A stretch of DNA of 63,572 nucleotides, filler included, from Folioceros fuciformis (lineage: Eukaryota), in assembly GCA_049999805.1 (NCBI GenBank). It is 3 parts of 2 records of this genome, joined end to end, with 100 filler letters (N's around TTAATTAATTAA, not from the genome) between each part and the next. Parts side by side here need not be neighbours in the genome. Positions count along the whole stretch, not along the records: positions 61,094 to 63,572 come from JBNGIO010006270.1; 2 more parts are not named here. One strand, given 5' to 3'. Below the pieces are notes generated by a model. It was not told the DNA's origin. It made no database searches and saw nothing but the letters and a program-made list of their open reading frames with translations. This document shows, one piece after another, positions 61,094-63,572 of the stretch. The position numbers and the translations under genes were made by a program. How positions within the stretch are numbered: position 1 is the first letter of the stretch; the number at the start of each line of letters is the position of its first letter.

Positions 61094-63572
61094 AGAAAAA
61101 ATCATGGCGGCTAAGTTCCAACCGAACAGATCAAAAGGCAAGATTCACCCTCCAAGACAGAGTGAATCTGGTCCATCACCCACCTCAAAGAAGTCCGGAA
61201 ATTGTAATTGGTGTGGAATACCGGGTCACTGGGCTAGAGACTGCCGAAAGAAAAAGGCAGGCGAACCCCAGAAGAAAGTATCCACCAATCTTGCTGTTAA
61301 GGATAAGAGCTCGAGTGATCCCTCCACTTCTGCCGATAACAGCAAAGGAACGGTTAGAATATACACGATATGCCTCTCAAATTCAATGCATGATAGGGAC
61401 AGTTGGTACTTGGATTCAGGTGCGACTGCCCATATATGCAAGGACAAAGACCTGTTCTCGTGCCTGGACACATCTCATGTCTCTGACAAGGTGTTGTTGG
61501 GTGATGAGAAGAATGAAACAGGCCTTCGAATTGAAGGGAAGGGTAAATGCATCTTTAGGCTACATGATAGAACTGACCTGACTTTGGCAGATGTCTTGTA
61601 TGTCCCAAGGATGGCCAAAAACCTCGTATCCTTGAGCCGGCTGATGAGCCTTAGATCATACAGTATGTTTGCAGACCATAGTTCTTGCTCTTTTTACACT
61701 ATCGCTGTCCCACACAGGCTAGTGTTTAGAGGTATCCCTGATTGTGACTTGTACCGACTGGACGTTCACTGCAGGTCTGAACCTGTCACCATGTCCACTA
61801 CCATAGGTCAGATGGACTCCAAACAGTTAGCTTCCCTGTGGCATGCCAGGCTTGGTCATGCCAACAGGGCAAAGTTAATTGACATGGCTGCAAAGGATTG
61901 CTACAGAGAACCCCTACCCAAATGCTTCAAGGACTTGCCTATCTGTGAGGCCTGTATCCTTGCTAAGAAGAAGGAGCAGTCATTTCCCAGTACCCCTGCA
62001 CACAGAGCCAGCCATGTACTCGAGTTAATTCATGCGGATATATCAGGAAAAATTCATGAGCAGTCCCTTGGAGGCTCTCGGTATTACCTTAGCCTCACTG
62101 ATGATTTCAGCAGATACTCCTGGACTTTCCCGATGCAGCTCAAGAGCGACACTTTTCAGCTTTTTAAAGACTGGCTTCCTGTTGTGCAACGACAAACTGG
62201 ACAGGTTGTAAAATGGCTTCGCACTGACAATGGTGCTGAGTTTGTCAATTTGCAATTTGATGCCTACCTGCAGGAATATGGGATTCAGCGTCAGTTGACG
62301 GTCCCATACACCCCACAACATAACGGAGTTGCCGAGCGTAAAAATCAGACTTTACTCGGCATGACTCGCAGCATGTTGCTTTGGGCTGGACTCCCCCAAG
62401 GATATTGGGCTGAAGCAGTTGTAGCTGCCACCTACATTCTGAACAGGGTGTATACCAGCGCTGTGCAGGGCCAGACCCCTTATGAGGTGCTTTGGAGACG
62501 TAAGCCTAGTATTCTCCACCTCCGAGTCTTTGGCTCTCGTGCTTTTGCTTATATCCCTGCCGAAAAGAGGAGGAAGTTAGACAATAGGGCACAGGGCCTT
62601 CTTTTCGTCGGATACAGTGAGAATGTCAAAGCTTACAAGCTGTATGATAAACATCGGCATACTATTATCCTGGCGCGAAGTGTTACCTTCTTGGAGCCTC
62701 ACGCGCCTATGGGAGAGCCACCTTCAGAGGGAGCCACAACTGGTCCAGAGGGAGTTGACGAGTCCGATGAATCTTCACTTAATCCTGAGCCCGCACATGT
62801 TGACTACCCTCAAGACGATGCTATCCCTGATGGCGATCTTCCACTAGACCCTAACAATGATCTTGCACAAGTTCAACCAGAAGTGTTAGCACAGGAAGAT
62901 CCTCAGCCGGCAGCACCTCTCGATCAAGACCCTTTGGTATCTCTTGACATACCTCAGGATGAAACCTTGGATGGAGCTCCTGATCTATTGGAAGAGAATG
63001 AAGAGAATGACTTCCAGGGCATTCCTGAACATGCTGAACCATTACCTGGCGTTGATGACCCACCTGAACAAGAGCTTCGACGCTCCACACGATACAGACC
63101 AGTTAGGTCGGACTGGAAGGAACTCCCATACCAGTCAATTGACTTCAGACACTCATCTTCAGCAATCACAGTGCCTTTACCTGATGAACCCTTGAGCCTG
63201 TTACAAGCCTTCAATGGTCCAGAAGGTGCACAATGGCGTGTAGCAGTCGAGGATGAATATCAGTCCTTAGTCAAAAACAAGACCTGGACCCTTGTAGACC
63301 TGCCACCTGGAAGGAAACCCATCTCCTGTAAGTGGGTGTTCAAGTTGAAATTGAATGCGAAAGGTGAAGTTGCAAGGTTCAAGGCAAGACTTGTGGCGAG
63401 AGGCTTCACTCAAGTTGAGGGTCTCGATTATCAGGAAACCTTCTCACCTGTTGTAAGGGCGCAGTCCATCCGAATGATTCTCGCACTCGCCACAGAGTAT
63501 GACTTAGATCTTCAGCAGATGGACGTGTGTACAGCTTTCCTCTATGGGGCTTTGGACGAGGACCTGTACATG
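61094..63572 (+). mobile_element. Ty1/Copia polyprotein (gag zinc knuckle, protease, integrase, RT N-part), apparently uninterrupted, runs off the window end
   Basis: CNWCGIPGHWARDC, WYLDSGAT, LWHARLGH, HADISG, DDFSRY, RTDNGAEF, NGVAERKN, KWVFKLK..RFKARLVARGF, QMDVCTAFLYG. Confidence 0.95.

Overview
Eukaryotic nuclear DNA from a gene-dense plant genome with short introns. A Tctex-1 dynein light chain gene and a WOX13-type homeobox point to a seed-free land plant with flagellated sperm, probably a hornwort or lycophyte (inference). About 20 spliced protein-coding genes can be assembled by hand: NUP43, WOX13-like, FOLB, a two-module Cys-rich secreted protein, a KirBac/Kir-like channel, a DnaJ-type zinc finger, a SAM methyltransferase, PP2C-D, a THUMP RNA methyltransferase, a coiled-coil membrane protein, Tctex-1, DUF538, BZR/BES (BAM-type DNA-binding domain), CarA, ERD4/OSCA3, a bacterial-type cupin, a frameshifted GH17, TIM13 and two XTHs. 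Also present: decayed MULE, Copia and Myb/SANT transposon remnants, one apparently intact Copia ORF, an F-box pseudogene, a tRNA-His pseudogene, minisatellites and six assembly gaps. The three best candidates for novelty are (1) an intact Kir-family channel whose GYG selectivity filter is replaced by TTFNG, (2) a FOLB gene followed only 74 nt later by a same-strand Cys-rich secreted protein (candidate dicistronic unit), and (3) a bacterial-type quercetinase-like cupin (HGT candidate). All family calls come from manual motif recognition; no searches were run.
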